Source: Octopus bimaculoides (taxonomy: Eukaryota). Taken from it: a stretch of DNA of 64,000 bases. The stretch's first letter is position 1. Each line of letters opens with the position of its first letter. Positions 25,351-38,599 of the stretch are shown piece after piece. The stretch is taken from assembly GCF_001194135.2 (NCBI RefSeq), contig NC_068981.1:106812430-106876429 (forward strand). Reading direction: 5' to 3'. The notes under the pieces were generated by a model, which saw only the letters and a list, made by a program, of their open reading frames with translations, was not told the origin of the DNA and did no database searches. The position numbers were made by a program, and so were the translations under genes.

Positions 25351-28145
25351 AAGGTGTGCTATACTTTAGAAACCTATCTTTTCTTCAAGTTTTTCGCTCT
25401 TACAGTTATGTGAAATTTTCTTAGTACAAAACTTGTGTGAGATGCAGCATTTTACAAAGTGAAGTTGTTGCAAGGTTATCTTTTTGAAGCCACATGCAAT
25501 AACACACACAAGATTTTGCAGCTTGGTTGAGGCTCTCAAATTTTTAGAGTTGTAATTGTTTGGCAAATGACTTGATCTGAGACTGTATATTGAGGCTGAA
25601 TCAATTTATTTGTAGAAGAGCCATTATTTTTTATCTACTTAAGAGCACCTGATATATTTGATATATTTAACTTAAGATATATTCTATTTAAGAGCATCTG
25701 ATATATCTGTTTTATGTTTATTTCTTGAGATATCTATATTTTTGTTGCTCATCTGAAACTCTTATTGACATAATTTGACTTTCCATCTCTGTTTAAATTA
25801 GACACATGTCAATTAGTCGTATTTGAAATTCAGGACACTGTTAATATTTGTTTAAATATTCAGTGCTAAACTGCTCCACTCTTTGGTGCATTCTATTTTT
25901 TCTTTATTCTACTACTTCAGTGCTCATTGATGTGATGGTAGCAAGATGGTAAAGTTTTATATTTAAATTGTTTTGTCCATTTAAAACATTAACTTTAATA
26001 TATTAACTTCTACTTTCATTTTCAGAAAAATAGATATTATATTAAGTGCTTTTTAATTTGGTAAATTACTGAAATTTATCTTTTTTAGAGATAGTTTAAT
26101 AAGTAATTTTTTAATATTGTTTCACTTAAGTCATTTATTTCAAAAATGTTTTTCATTTTTTGCAAACTCAGTATATATTTGGACAATATTCATATTTACT
26201 TTGACAACTTCTCCATAAGCAATATTCCTAGTCCAGGTTCTATTTTCATTATTATACCTCTTTAAGGTTGATTTGAAGGTATCATTGTTGCTATTTCTGT
26301 GCATTTGAATAACCATATAAAAAGCTCACACATTTGTGAATATCTGTATGTGACAGATGAATGTCAAAGCGATTTTGTTTTTAATAATTTGTCCATAATA
26401 TGAATGCACTTTCAATGAACTATCTTTACCAAAATTTTCTCATACATGAGCAATGGTAACTAATAACTTTCAGTGAATAAATTTTATTCACAGTAAGGAA
26501 TGTTTCCATGACACTTTTTAAAAATTTCATAGTTATTGTTTATTAATAGATAGTCAAGTGAAAAATAATATATGTAACTTGCAGGCAGAGTAGTATTAAC
26601 AGTTTTACTTACTGAAGCTTTCTGCAAAATAACTAGTCTTACATGGTTGAAAAAACTATTGTCTTTAAATTGAATTAGGTTTCTCAAAATTCATTATGAT
26701 CAGAGGAAAGTATATGATGGGGGGACAAAGAAACATAGCTCTTGTTATGATCTTACAGGTTACAATTTGCTTGTAACTTCATTGTTTGAAATTACTGTTA
26801 TTTCTGTCATATGAAGCAGATTTCTAGATGGTGGCCAATCCATTATGACTTTAAATATCAACTTACTTGTTGGCATTGTCTTGTTCACTAAATTTTGAGA
26901 AATGAATATGTAAATCTTTATGTTCTAACTTACCACTATTTTAGTTTCTGAAGAAAATATTTAAAACAGAAAACATCTAAAATTTGTGGATTTTTTTCAA
27001 ATAATAATAGTAGAAATTTTCTCAAAATTAGCACAAATTTTTCTTAGCTTTTTGTGACTGTATTTCTAATTAAATATACTGCATATATGTTTTATTTAAT
27101 GGAAAAGGGAAAGAAAAAAACATATAAAAAAAGACCAATAATTTTGTTGTATTTAGTACAATAACTTAGTCATCATAAGCTGGTTTGAGATACAGCTTAA
27201 CAAAGAGGTTCTTAACATTATGATTAAAAGTTTAAATTTGAATGTGAATACTTTTAAGAAAGACCGTTTTATATAGAATCATGAGCTGGCTCAGTTGATG
27301 TTAAAAGACTTTTTAACAAATCACTTGAGTCCTTAAACACTCCCCTCTATTGATTTTTTAAAGTTACCTTTGGATGGGTGTAGTTAAAGTTCATAACATA
27401 AGTGATCTTTAAAAAGGCTTTTCGTAGCAACTTGCTAGAGCTAGCTCATAACTCTATGTGGCCACCTTTAACACTCAACCAGCAGGGTTGGTTGATGGTA
27501 TTTGACTACCAGCTCATTAAAAATTGTTTGCCTTGTACCTAAACCAGAAGTCATTACTTAGGTTACATTTTTAATACTAATATATCATATCAATCCTTCA
27601 TAGTATCACTGTACATTGTCAATTTTATTTTATTCTAACACACAGGAGACTCAAAGCAAGAATTTAGAATTCCAGTTGGTCTCAAATAATCATGCATCGC
27701 CATGCATATCATCTTTTTTATCTTTTCTTTGGCCCCTTTTACTCTGTAAACTTAATAAAAAGAGGTTATTTTTCTAATATGAAACTTTCTCTTTTTTTCT
27801 ATTTTTTGAAAACTAACTAGCATTCTTTTTCTTAATTAATAATTAGGTTCTGATGAAAAATTTAGATATTAAAAACCAATTAAAATCTATGTTTGTAATC
27901 TTGAATAGTATAAAATTTATAGTAATAGATTACAAAATGATGCCAATTTTAAACTGAGATTTTTTAAATTTAAAAAAAAATAATAAATATGATTTGTTGA
28001 AATCAATAAAAAAATTTACAATAGTTATATTACTAATGTTACTCTGTAACTATATTGCTAATCATATTCTTTGTCATGAATCGTAGCCAGTATCTAGGAT
28101 ATTCAAGTGTTCTTTCTGTCTACTACTTGCTTCTAATTCTGACTG

Positions 28146-28185
<40 letters not shown>

Positions 28186-28188
<3 letters not shown>

Positions 28189-28640
28189 CAAAAACACAAT
28201 AACAAAGAAACAAAAAAACAACAAAGTGAGGACGTGATATGGATAGTATTATTGGACGCTCAGGAAAGGAAAGAGAGAGTATATGACGTTTCGGGCGTAG
28301 CCCTTCGTCGGAAAGATGGAAAGTTCGGAGAATGGAAGAACGGAGAAAGAGGAAAATGGTACCGATGCCCACGAGGTTACATATGAGTATATGCATATAT
28401 GTGTACATGTATGTACATACCTTCATCTACATGTACATATAGATACATATGTTCCATGGAGGATAGTGGCGGACAGAAAACAAGACAGGGAAACAAAACG
28501 GTGAAATAAACAAACAGAAAAGGCTATATAGCCAGATGTGGAGAAGAATGTGTATATTGGACGCTGTGAAGCACGAACTGGAAAGGCGAAGGACGAGCAA
28601 CGAGTGATAGAGAGAGAGAGAGAGATAGTAGTGATGGGGA
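28186..28640 (-). mobile_element. Probable Penelope-like element terminal repeat fragment
   Basis: CpG-rich relative to its flanks; contains a hammerhead-like motif (reads LSDEGLRPKR in the ORF track) and ends at a (TA)n tract. Confidence 0.55.
28285..28311 (-). ncRNA. Minimal hammerhead-like motif with variant core
   Basis: CCGACGA-A-GGGC-UAC-GCCC-GAAA-CGUC; U4 is replaced by C and helix I pairing is not evident. Confidence 0.4.
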
Positions 28641-29254
28641 GAGGCGAAGAACAGTAGAAGGAAATATATATGTATATTTATTAGAGATATGTTTTGTAAG
28701 GAAATATTTATGTATTTATTTAACTAGGAATAACATTTTTTCTTCAGATAAATGTTAGTCAGTTGAATTAACCCAATATATTACTGGTATATTTTATTGA
28801 TCCCTGAACAGTGAGAGCAACATTGAATTGTAGGAGTCAGATAATGAAGTAAAAACTTACAGTAAAGTATTTGATCCACAAGATGCTGTAAATTTAGGCA
28901 TCTACATCATACTTGTACTAGAAAATATAAATTTTGTCTGATATACCATTAGTTTTTGTTATTGTAGTTATCTCCAAACTAATCCCTGGCATTTTAATTA
29001 TAACCATCCTGTTTTTTCTTTGGCTATAATACATCTAGGACTATATTAGTTAATGTGTCCTTTTATAAAAAAGAAAAACATGTTTGAAGCAGATTTGTGG
29101 AAGTCAAGTTGGCTCAAGCATACCATATGTACTTAATTACAACAGAACCTAAAAGGTATGTTTGACTGAGAAGTTTAATAGAAAATTGTTGTTCATAAGT
29201 GAGAGAGATATGAATTTATTTATATTGCTGAGCAAAATCGCAGTTGTGGCAGAT

Positions 29255-29459
29255 ACCAGTGTCATGCAAATGGCACCCGTTCTAGTAGCATATAAAAGTA
29301 CCCATTACACTCTCAGGGTGGTTGGTGTTAGGAAGGGCATCCAGCCGTAGAAGATCATGCCAAATCAGACTGGATGCTGGTGTAGCCTTCCAGAGTGCCA
29401 GCCCAGTCAAACTGTCCAACCCATGCCAGCATGGACAACAGACGTTAAATGATGATGAT
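29255..29459 (+). mobile_element. 5'-truncated RTE-type LINE 3' UTR (left arm of the inversion)
   Basis: gtggttggtgttaggaagggcatccagccgtag...catgccagcatggacaacagacgttaaatgatgatgat. Confidence 0.75.
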
Positions 29460-30014
29460 AGTGATAAGTATCAGTTACATGAAAACATTTACTTGACTAA
29501 TATGCAATATATTTTGACATTAGGTTTCAGTGGAAAATAAACAATTTTGCTGTATTTTAAACACATGGTAGTCATTCCAAACTGATTTGTTTGTTAAATG
29601 AAATATAGATATCAATTTTGAAGCAAGTGACTGCTTCCTGCTCCTTCATGAAATCAAAGAAGCTTTGTGATGTGTGATGTTTGTGAAGAAGTTACTTAGC
29701 AATATTTCAGCATTTGTTTGGAAAAAAGAAATTTATATTGTAAGATTTAAAGTTCAGTAATAAAAGAAGAAACAAAAACGTTTGAGAAGAAATGAAGTGG
29801 GTTTAATGTTCCTTTTATTTATCTAAGAAAACTATCAAGTTTGCCTCAACTAAAACAACTGAAAAGTAGAGTTGAAATCCAATCTGTAATTGATGAGATA
29901 GCAAGGAATCAGGAATGGATGAAAAGAAGAGCTTAAATGAATAACTACTTTTCTGAAGTTGATATTTGATATTAGATGCAGTGATTCATAAAAGCAAAAG
30001 CAATGTATTAAGTT

Positions 30015-30225
30015 TCATCATCATTATTTAATGTGTGTTGTCCATGCTGGCATGAGTTGGATGGTTTGACTGGGCTGGCCCGCTGGAAGGCTGCACCAGG
30101 ATCCAGCCTGATGTGGCATGGTTTTCTATGGTTGGATGCCCTTCCTAATGCTAACCACTCTGAGAGTATAATGGGTGCTTTTATGTACCACCAGCATGGC
30201 ACTGGTATCTGCCAGAACAGTGATT
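30015..30225 (-). mobile_element. 5'-truncated RTE-type LINE 3' UTR (right arm of the inversion)
   Basis: Reverse complement of 29255-29459. Confidence 0.75.
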
Positions 30226-31237
30226 TTGCTTGGCAATATAAATAAATTCACATCTCTCTCACTTATGAACAACAACTTTCTATTAAACTCCCCAGTCAAA
30301 CATACCTTTCAGGTTCTGTTGTAATTAAGTACATATGGTATACTTGAACCAATGAAAGAGCCTCATGTGATCACTTAACTTTCCACAAATCTGCCTCAAA
30401 CATCCTAATGTAGTCCTCAATGTATTATAGCTAAAGAAAAAACAGGATGGTTATAATTGAAATGCCAGGGATTAGTTTTGAGATATCTACAATAACAAAA
30501 ACTAATGGTATATCAGTCAAAATTTATATTTTCTAGTATAAGTATGATGGAGATGATTAAAAATATTGAGGAGATGGATGAAATAGAAAGTATAAGTTAA
30601 AAACAAAAGTCTAACACAAAATTTTTCAGTGAATATCTAACAACTGCATCAGACTGATGGAACCTAGAGGTGCTGTTATTGGAGGGGAAAAGTTGAAAAC
30701 TAACCTAACATATGCAAACATAGCAATGGAAACATCCAAAATAGAACAGCTCAATCTCCTGAATAACTGTTTTTCCTCTTTTTTTTTTTTTGGTCTTTGT
30801 TTCAAATTATTTTTAAAGTTTAGAAATCCTTTAAATACTACATCATCTTGTGTTTTATAACAACAAAACTTTAAAATTTTCAAATGCAACCCAAAACAAA
30901 ATTTCCAAGAAACAAGAATTTGTAATTATGGATAATATGTCATCTGGCATTTAATATTAAAAAAAATGCTTAAGATGACTTAGCTAAAAGTTCTGAAGGA
31001 AAAGTAGTTTAGGAGCGGCAGAGAGTATGTATCTTCTCTTTAGTAAAACATGAGTAAACATATCTAGGAAACTAAAGTTGCTTATATCTTATAAGCTTAG
31101 GAAAAAATTTGAATTACTATGTGGACAATTTCAGATCTTTACTGATTTTGTAGATTTTTTTTTTTTTTCTTGTGCTTTACATTTTCTTTAGATAAATAAA
31201 AGTGTAAAACTGTGTTCCAAATCTATGCTTCAATTTA

Positions 31238-31450
31238 TCACCACCATTGCTGTCATCCTTATGCACATTTTATGCCTGGTTTCCCTGCAGATATGTGTTG
31301 GCATTGGAGTTGTCATGGTCAGCTCCCACTTGATATTTCTAGATGGGTGAGGGTGGGAGAACACAATACTTGTATGTTCTGGCTTGACCTAACACCAACC
31401 ACTTTACAGAGTGTAATGAGTGCATTTTATTTTGTTACTTGCACAAGATA
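31238..31450 (-). mobile_element. Degenerate RTE-type 3' UTR
   Basis: cctaacaccaaccactttacagagtgtaatgagtgcatttt matches the RTE tail copies. Confidence 0.5.
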
Positions 31451-31672
31451 GGTCCTCATATCCTTGACAAAACTAAACTGAAGTGACGTGGTACAGTGAA
31501 TAGCAATGGATGCAACAGAGAGAGGATGATTTGAATAGATGAAAGGGGCAGCTGGAGAAGGCCAGCAGGGATAGCATGGGTTAAAAGTTTAGATGTAAAT
31601 ATAATATATGTTGTATGTCCTAAGTATTGCCACTACTTCTGTTTTAATGTACACTTTGTTATGCTTGCATAC

Positions 31673-31728
<56 letters not shown>

Positions 31729-32589
31729 CAAATGTTTTAAGAAGGAAGGAGTGTTTCCTGAAGGTGTGTGCATGCATAATTTTATGTCCTTTCATACATT
31801 TGTATACATGAGCATGTGTGAATTCACATCTCCACCAAAGAATTTGAATGCAACATTAGTGAACATATCTGTATATATTTATATGCAACAGTTGTAAGTG
31901 TATAGATGAAAAAAAAACAAACAAATAATCAATTTTCAGGTATGATCCTCAGTGCATTAATCATGAACCTAACTCAAATGTAAATTTCTATTACAGAGAA
32001 AAGTTTATTCTGAAATTAATTACAGGCAGAAGTTTAAATATAACAATAATTCCTTTGATCTTATATCTTGTGGAAATATATCTTGCCTTGCAATCTTCAA
32101 AAATTTACTGGAAATGTTATTCTCATTAATTTAGCATGGTTATGAAACTTAGAAGCCATTATATTTCTTGAAGAAAATTTACATTTTAACATATTTCTTG
32201 AATAATTCAAGTAATACTTAGCCAATTGTTATGTTAGAAAGAAACTGTTAGAAATCAATTCAGTGTGTCCGTATGTCACTGCACTGGAGTCAGCAATTCT
32301 GGTTTATTAGCACTTCCTTAATTGCAACTAATTATGTATATAGATGTAATACCCTCACGAAAATTTAACGGTATTCTCTTTTAATAGAAGCGTTCAGTGT
32401 GTAATTCACTTCATAAGTAACAACGTATCAATAATGCTTTCTTTTGTAAAGCTAAGCACTAATCCACTGCAATTCCTTGAGGGATAAATCATAAATTATA
32501 GCTATTGTGTCTTCAAACAAAATATTAATCATTCTTGCTTCAGTCTTTCTGCCTTTCTTTCCATTTCAAACAAAGAACAACATGTTAGA

Positions 32590-32627
<38 letters not shown>

Positions 32628-32899
32628 CACCAACAAAGAATTAGATATTGTAGGTTTAAAAATCTTTGTTCAACATTTTTTGCATTATTATCAAGGAGTG
32701 AGCAAAACAGATTGTGGTATTTAGTTAGGTATCATTGTGTCACTACTTGAAATCTTGCTGGAGTAGATGTTGCCTTTCATCTCATCAAGATTGATAAAAA
32801 ATAAAGATTGTTATCACTGACTATATCCTCTGCGAATATATATGGCTTTCTACCTCTGATGGAATTAGTTATAGAGTTGGACAGATTAATGTCAAGGGA

Positions 32900-35800
32900 T
32901 GTCTAGTCAATTTTTTTATCAATTCATTCATAGTACCCAAGTTAGAATGCTGGCAGGTTATAAAATAGTGTTTAAACAAGGTATTGAACCGATGTTAAAA
33001 AATACAAACTTTCTGTTGATATTAAGATGTTAGAAATAATGAAGACAAAACAGTAAAAGTATTATGTAGAACATACTTTATTAAAATGTTTCATTTTCTT
33101 GAGCTTCTTCCCTTTATTTCATTAAGTACATTACAACAAACAAAGAAATGTATGTAAAATGACATATATTGAATATAGATAGTTATATAATCTACTAAAA
33201 TCTATTTATTTAAAATACTTTAAAATTTATCAAGGGCACAAAAGACATGGCAATAAAAAAACCTAAAGTTAATAAAAAAAAAACTATGAAGTGTTTAATT
33301 ACAGATCCTGAGCAGCTACTTTCAACAAATAAAGTTTTCATTTAAAATTTTAATTGGCTACCACTTTCTGATATGTTCCATGTTATCTCTGTATTTCGTC
33401 ATCTGGCTGGTTCTTCTTGGATACATTTTTGCAGTTTTCATATATGAGTTATTTTCATTGCTATCTCTCTTACATCTCTGGAATTTATTTACATTGCATG
33501 CTAATTTATTTACAATACATATCAAAGAAAACCAGCTCAAAACCCTCTGAGAATCACATGATTTGACATTACTCAAGTCCCTGAGTTTAAAAACAATTGC
33601 TTTTTTCATGCACATAATTTAAACTGAAATCCAAAACAAATATTACCAGACTATCAGAATGAAATAACCTGATAATATTCTTGCTTGGATCTCAGCAATA
33701 TACTGACTAGGAATGAATTGTCCTAGCACCTGTCAGGAATCCTGTGCATGTTGTCACTATTTAGTAAATTCATCTTTTTTAATTCATTGTAGTTAAATAC
33801 ATCATAGCTATTTCATTGCAAGATAATTACATTGCCAGTCAATTTACCACTAGTAAATTTGTCATGTTTTTTAGCTGTAGCAAATACATTGCTAAGCATA
33901 AATGTTTTTACTTGAAGAATTCATACATCCTATTTCTTGTACAGTGAAAGAAATTTGAAGAGAAACATTACTATCATATTTGCTCCATATATACGCGAAA
34001 AGAAATAAATAAAGTCTATTTTCAAAAATAGAACTTAATCCCAGAATAATGCAATAAGAGATAACACTATTTTTAATTGAAAGGAAGAAGAAATATGCTA
34101 AAAACACAAATACTGTACAATACCTCTTAAATAATCCAGTATCTTTGGTTTTGATATTCATTGACGATGCATTGAATTCTTGCTGTTCTATCTTATTTCT
34201 TATTGCACTGTGGGTTTTCTGCACCAATGATGCAGTTAGATAATTAGTTCATTTCTTCATTGTTCATTTTTACTTTCAAAGAAAATAGAAAATCCAGATT
34301 GCAGAATTTACTTTTCTTTGTTAATGAAATATGGCACATTTATTCTTCAAATAAAAACTTCAAACAAACCTTTCATAGTGTGTTACTCTGCAAATAAAAG
34401 CATGACAATGATAGTGTCAAGGTAATTGGCATGATGAGAAATTTATTGCTGATATATTGCCACCTGCACACCCGTTTCTGATAAGCCAGGAGTGAAATGC
34501 ATATACTTTTAAAGATAATAGAGCCCTAACTATTCCACTGACTTGAAGTATCATAGCATCTGGAAGTTAGGTGAGGGCATTGTGTATTGTGTTGATGTCT
34601 GGTGAGAAGCCATGATAAGGCAATGGTCGGTGCAGAGATGGTGATGGTTTGATAGGGGTTGGGTTTGTAGGTGAGAATGAGATAAGAAGTGTTTGGGGCA
34701 TATGTGCATCAGTCAGGTATCTATGCAGAGATGAAACTAGTTGGTCTAGAGAGTTGAGGTTTGGAAAAAGATTTGGTTTCTGCACCAGTGGCATCAATAT
34801 AGTGTGTTTCTGAGAGTGGAGGAGTAGTAAGTGTTCAAGTTACTGAGGGCAATAACTTTGTAGAAGTGGGGTTGATATCTTCAGTACAGGAAGTGCCATG
34901 GTTAAATATTTGTTAGAGGCTTGACACAGTCAGAGAGTGATTGAGGAAACAGATGTATCTGGAGGAGTAGGAGAGGAAGAATGTGAACCAAAATAATTGG
35001 AAGTTTTTGTTGTAGATATCTAAGTAAGAGATGTCTCAGATACATACCCAAGCCACAAGTGTATGTATACTTTTAAATAACAGTTGGTTTACTTATCACT
35101 TAGGTACAAAGACTAGAACATTGAAATCATTTAAGTGTGAGCCTTGCAATACTAACTAACCAGTCAGTATTGTTACCCAGTCTGAAACTGTTCTGATATT
35201 GTGTCATCTAAGTTACTATGTCAAAAAAAAAATATCTACTTAGAATCCTCTCTTGAATTAAAATCTTACTCAGTTTCTCTCAAGCAGTCTTCTTTCTGTT
35301 TTTGCTCCATTCCACTTACTCTCTTTTTTTCCTCCTTCTGTCCTTATCCTCTCTCTCCATGAGGATGCGATACCAACTTGGATAAATTGTCTTAGCAATT
35401 TTATGACTATTCATTTTGCACATATAATGTAGGATGTGAGGACACTTTGCCACCAATCAATTTGTAATGTTTGTTTTGGTTTCAGCTCAAGTTAAGTTAC
35501 AAGTGGTTCATTGCATGTTTTGAGTTGGTTTTGTTTAAAACACAATGTAAATAAATTCATAACATAAATTAATTCCAGAGATGCGGGAGAGATAGTAGTG
35601 AGAATAACTTGTACTTTAAAAATCATGTAACACTGTTACAATAAATATACTTAGCAAAATCAAACTGGAAAAATTTATCCAAGAAGAAACCACCCAAAAG
35701 AAGAAATTCAGATATATTAACAAGTGCATTAGAAATGTGATAGATGGTTATGGCTTCGAAAAAAAAATTAATTTCTTGAAAGCAATTGTTCATCATTTGA

Positions 35801-36190
35801 AATTTAAACATAGTATTGTTTGTAGTTAAATTTGCTTTTCTGCTATCATTTTTTGACATTCTTGATAAATTTTAAAATAAAATATTTTAAATTGGTTTTA
35901 GTTTATTTATATAACCATCTGTATCCTACACTTCATTTTATATAAATTTCTTTGTTTTTGTGTGTTCAGTAAAAGAAACTACAGAAAGAAAATAGAAATT
36001 TTATGAAAGCAAGGATTTTGTCCTAATATTTTCAGTTTTCTTTTCATTTCTGCATTCCAATTTTTGTTATATCCCACATCTTAATATTAACAGAAAAAAA
36101 AAATTGTATTTACATTCATTCACTATTCTTATTTAGGTGCCATTTAATAAACTGATGGCCTTTCTGACTGACATATTCACTGGACACCAT
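32900..36190. repeat. Old inverted duplication (arms ~32900-33647 and ~35464-36190)
   Basis: Collinear reverse-complement blocks: gtaat.tttgttttgg, aattccagagatg..gagagatag, tatccaagaagaa, cttgataaattttaaa and acatcttaatat.aacagaaa; roughly two-thirds identity by eye. Confidence 0.75.
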
Positions 36191-36214
36191 AATGTGCATG
36201 TGTGTGATCATCAT

Positions 36215-36400
36215 CAATTTTACATCTGCTTTCCATTAGTTGGCTGGTTCATCAGATAAAATTATATGAGGGGACTATGTCTTGCTCAAAACACTTCAAT
36301 TTTGACATGGTTTTTATGGATGCCCTTCCTAACAGTAACCATTCTACTGAGTGTAATGGATGCATATTTTTGGCACCATTTATGTGAAATAAAAGTGAGG
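36215..36400 (-). mobile_element. Degenerate RTE-type 3' UTR
   Basis: catcatc tail and ggatgcccttcctaacagtaaccattctactgagtgtaatggatgcatattttt. Confidence 0.55.
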
Positions 36401-37049
36401 TTGACAGAGTTGGAGATACTTTGGGGCAGATGGTCACTGAAAGAAAGGAATTGAGTGTTATGGAGGTGGACCAAGGAGAGAAGACAAGAGAGTGTTGTGA
36501 TGGCAGAGAGGCTGTGGGTAGACATCAGTGGGAGAAAGGGAGTGAGGAAGTAAGGGGTAAATGCAGTGATAACAGTGAGTGTTTCCATGTTTGGAATTTC
36601 TTCTACAAATCTTTGATAGATTGTGCTATAAAAATATCATCATCAGTATACAGGAGTTCACATGGACAGCCAGTTTTAAACTTTTCTGTTATGGTTTGGA
36701 GAATTATAATAAACAAGAGAGGGAATTAGGACTGAGCCCTGATAAACTTCTAACTGTAATCTAAATTTGCCATTGAATTTAATGTCGTCTCTCATCTTTG
36801 TTGACTGCTGTTATGTGTGTGTGTGTGCCTGTATACATGTTTGTGCATATGCATACATATGTGAACATGTGTATGTGTCCAGGTCCTGTACTTCATTGTA
36901 GCTATTCTGGACAAGTCCATGCTGGAGCACTTTGTAGTGTTGGCTGTTATACATCTTTTTTCTTTTGGTTTGATCTCTGATATGTAGTTTTAGGTTCCAT
37001 TTAATTGCTGTTATTTTATGTTTAGTAGGGTTAATTACTCTTTTCTGGT

Positions 37050-38250
37050 TCTAACCTTTAGCAAAATGTTGGTCTGATACATGGGAGTAAAGTGAATTTA
37101 GTCATTTGTTAAAACAATGTACATATATGTTGCTTGCTTCAGTGTGTTTAATGATTTCTCTTTATATTTATTTCTCCTCATTTTATCTATTGCAGTTGAT
37201 GAATGTGTACAAGAAAACATCAGATTCCATTCAGTTTCTATTAGGTAAGATGTTGAACAGAACTTCTTAATTAAACTGAGATTGACCTCACAACATTTTT
37301 ACATGTTTTCCAATTCTTGCTTGGGTTGTACAAATCTGGAATGAAACAATTTGCACCTATGTCTTGTTCCATCATCTACTCTTCAGTTAGGTTAAAGAAC
37401 CTAATCAATGCTTGATGTACTAAAATAATATGATAGAAACTATCATGCCATTTTATCCACCAAAATTTATGAAACATTTCATTGAGACAGAAAATTGTTT
37501 GGGAAAAAAATTTTTAATACTAGTTTAATGACATGTAAACTGTATTTTCTGTTGTCGTCCTCGTTATTTCTTCTTCTTCTTCTTCTTCTTCTTCTTCTTC
37601 TTCTTCTTCTTCTTCTTCTTCTTCTTCTTCTTCTTCTTCTTTTGTTGGTTCATCTGTAGACATTCTTTCTGCTTGTTAACTGCTCTATTGAAATACTGGA
37701 GACTGAGGTAAACAAAGTTGTATGTATTCCCTAGAAGCCACACTCGTATGCCACTAGTTTCAGTTTTGAGCTCCTGTTTGTGTGCTCAGTAATTGATGTA
37801 GAATTAATTCTTTTCTCTTGTATGCATCAGGACCAACAATTCAATATAATATCTTAGTTTGCATTCACATTTAAAAAAATAAATAAATTTAGAAAAAAAA
37901 ATCTCATATCTATTTCAGTGTCATCAATTTTGTGAGTTTTTTAAAAACCCTTCTGCTGAATTGGAGTTCTTATTACTTGCAGCCCTTTCATATCAGTTCT
38001 CTTTACCATAGTGTTGACAAGAGTTGATTGAAAAAGGCCATAAGATAAGCAATCATATCATAGTTGAGGTCAGTTAAATAATTGGAACCTTTCTCTGTAA
38101 ACTACTGATGCTTGTTCATTATGTAATGGCCTATCCTGCTTAAGTCAGTTATTTACATGTTTGTGGACTGAAGCAGTGATATTTAAGCTTTTTTTGCCAT
38201 GAACATAGTACAACACTAGTGACATGATATGTATTACAAAGCTGTTGGTT
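37050..38250 (-). mobile_element. Possible ancient L1/Tx1-like LINE remnant
   Basis: Fragments KRTDMKGLQV and ETEWNLMFSCTHSSTAIDKMRRNKYK resemble the post-RT W..IF....T.D.KLR.FQYK region; many stops. Confidence 0.3.
37568..37641. repeat. (TTC)n microsatellite
   Basis: Read directly, about 24 units. Confidence 0.95.
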
Positions 38251-38599
38251 AATAATTTGACCCATTATAAAGTCTCTCTGCTCCATTTCTTGCTATGATA
38301 ATTTCAGACGTCTTTGATATATTTCATTGCAAGTTTCTTTTTCCTCTTTGTGACTGGTACAATAAATCATGGCTATTACTTGCTTCCATCCCTGCATTTA
38401 ATTATGTATTACCTATATTCCATTTGTCTATAACAGCATTTTACTTTTATAATATCCATTACATTCATATAATTAATATATCATTTTTTTTTTTTCATAC
38501 TGGTTTCTATGTTTCATTGTAATGTTCCAAAATTATACCAACATTTATTCCATTATATGACTTCCTTAATTATTAATAAGATTGAAGTGAATGAACAAA

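Larger units (their letters stand above)
28899..30555. repeat. Segmental inverted duplication (arms 28899-29459 and 30015-30555)
   Basis: Arms align as reverse complements over ~550 bp, including non-repeat junctions; about 7 mismatches in one 122-bp block checked by eye. Confidence 0.92.

Noticed and set aside
28838-28890. 24-nt microexon-like acceptor/donor pair on the minus strand
   Set aside because: Falls in a SINE head with a weak acceptor; shows that such pairs arise by chance here.
35660-35770. LEKFIQEE...FRYINKCIR loosely resembles the OAS N-terminus (LDKFIED...FR..IN)
   Set aside because: Short, low-information similarity with no nucleotidyltransferase motifs downstream.
37196-37244. 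49-nt segment with good splice signals (LMNVYKKTSDSIQFLL or DECVQENIRFHSVSIR)
   Set aside because: Overlaps the antisense of a probable L1/Tx1 remnant, shares a 16-mer with 24942, and has no partner exons; cannot be excluded without RNA-seq.
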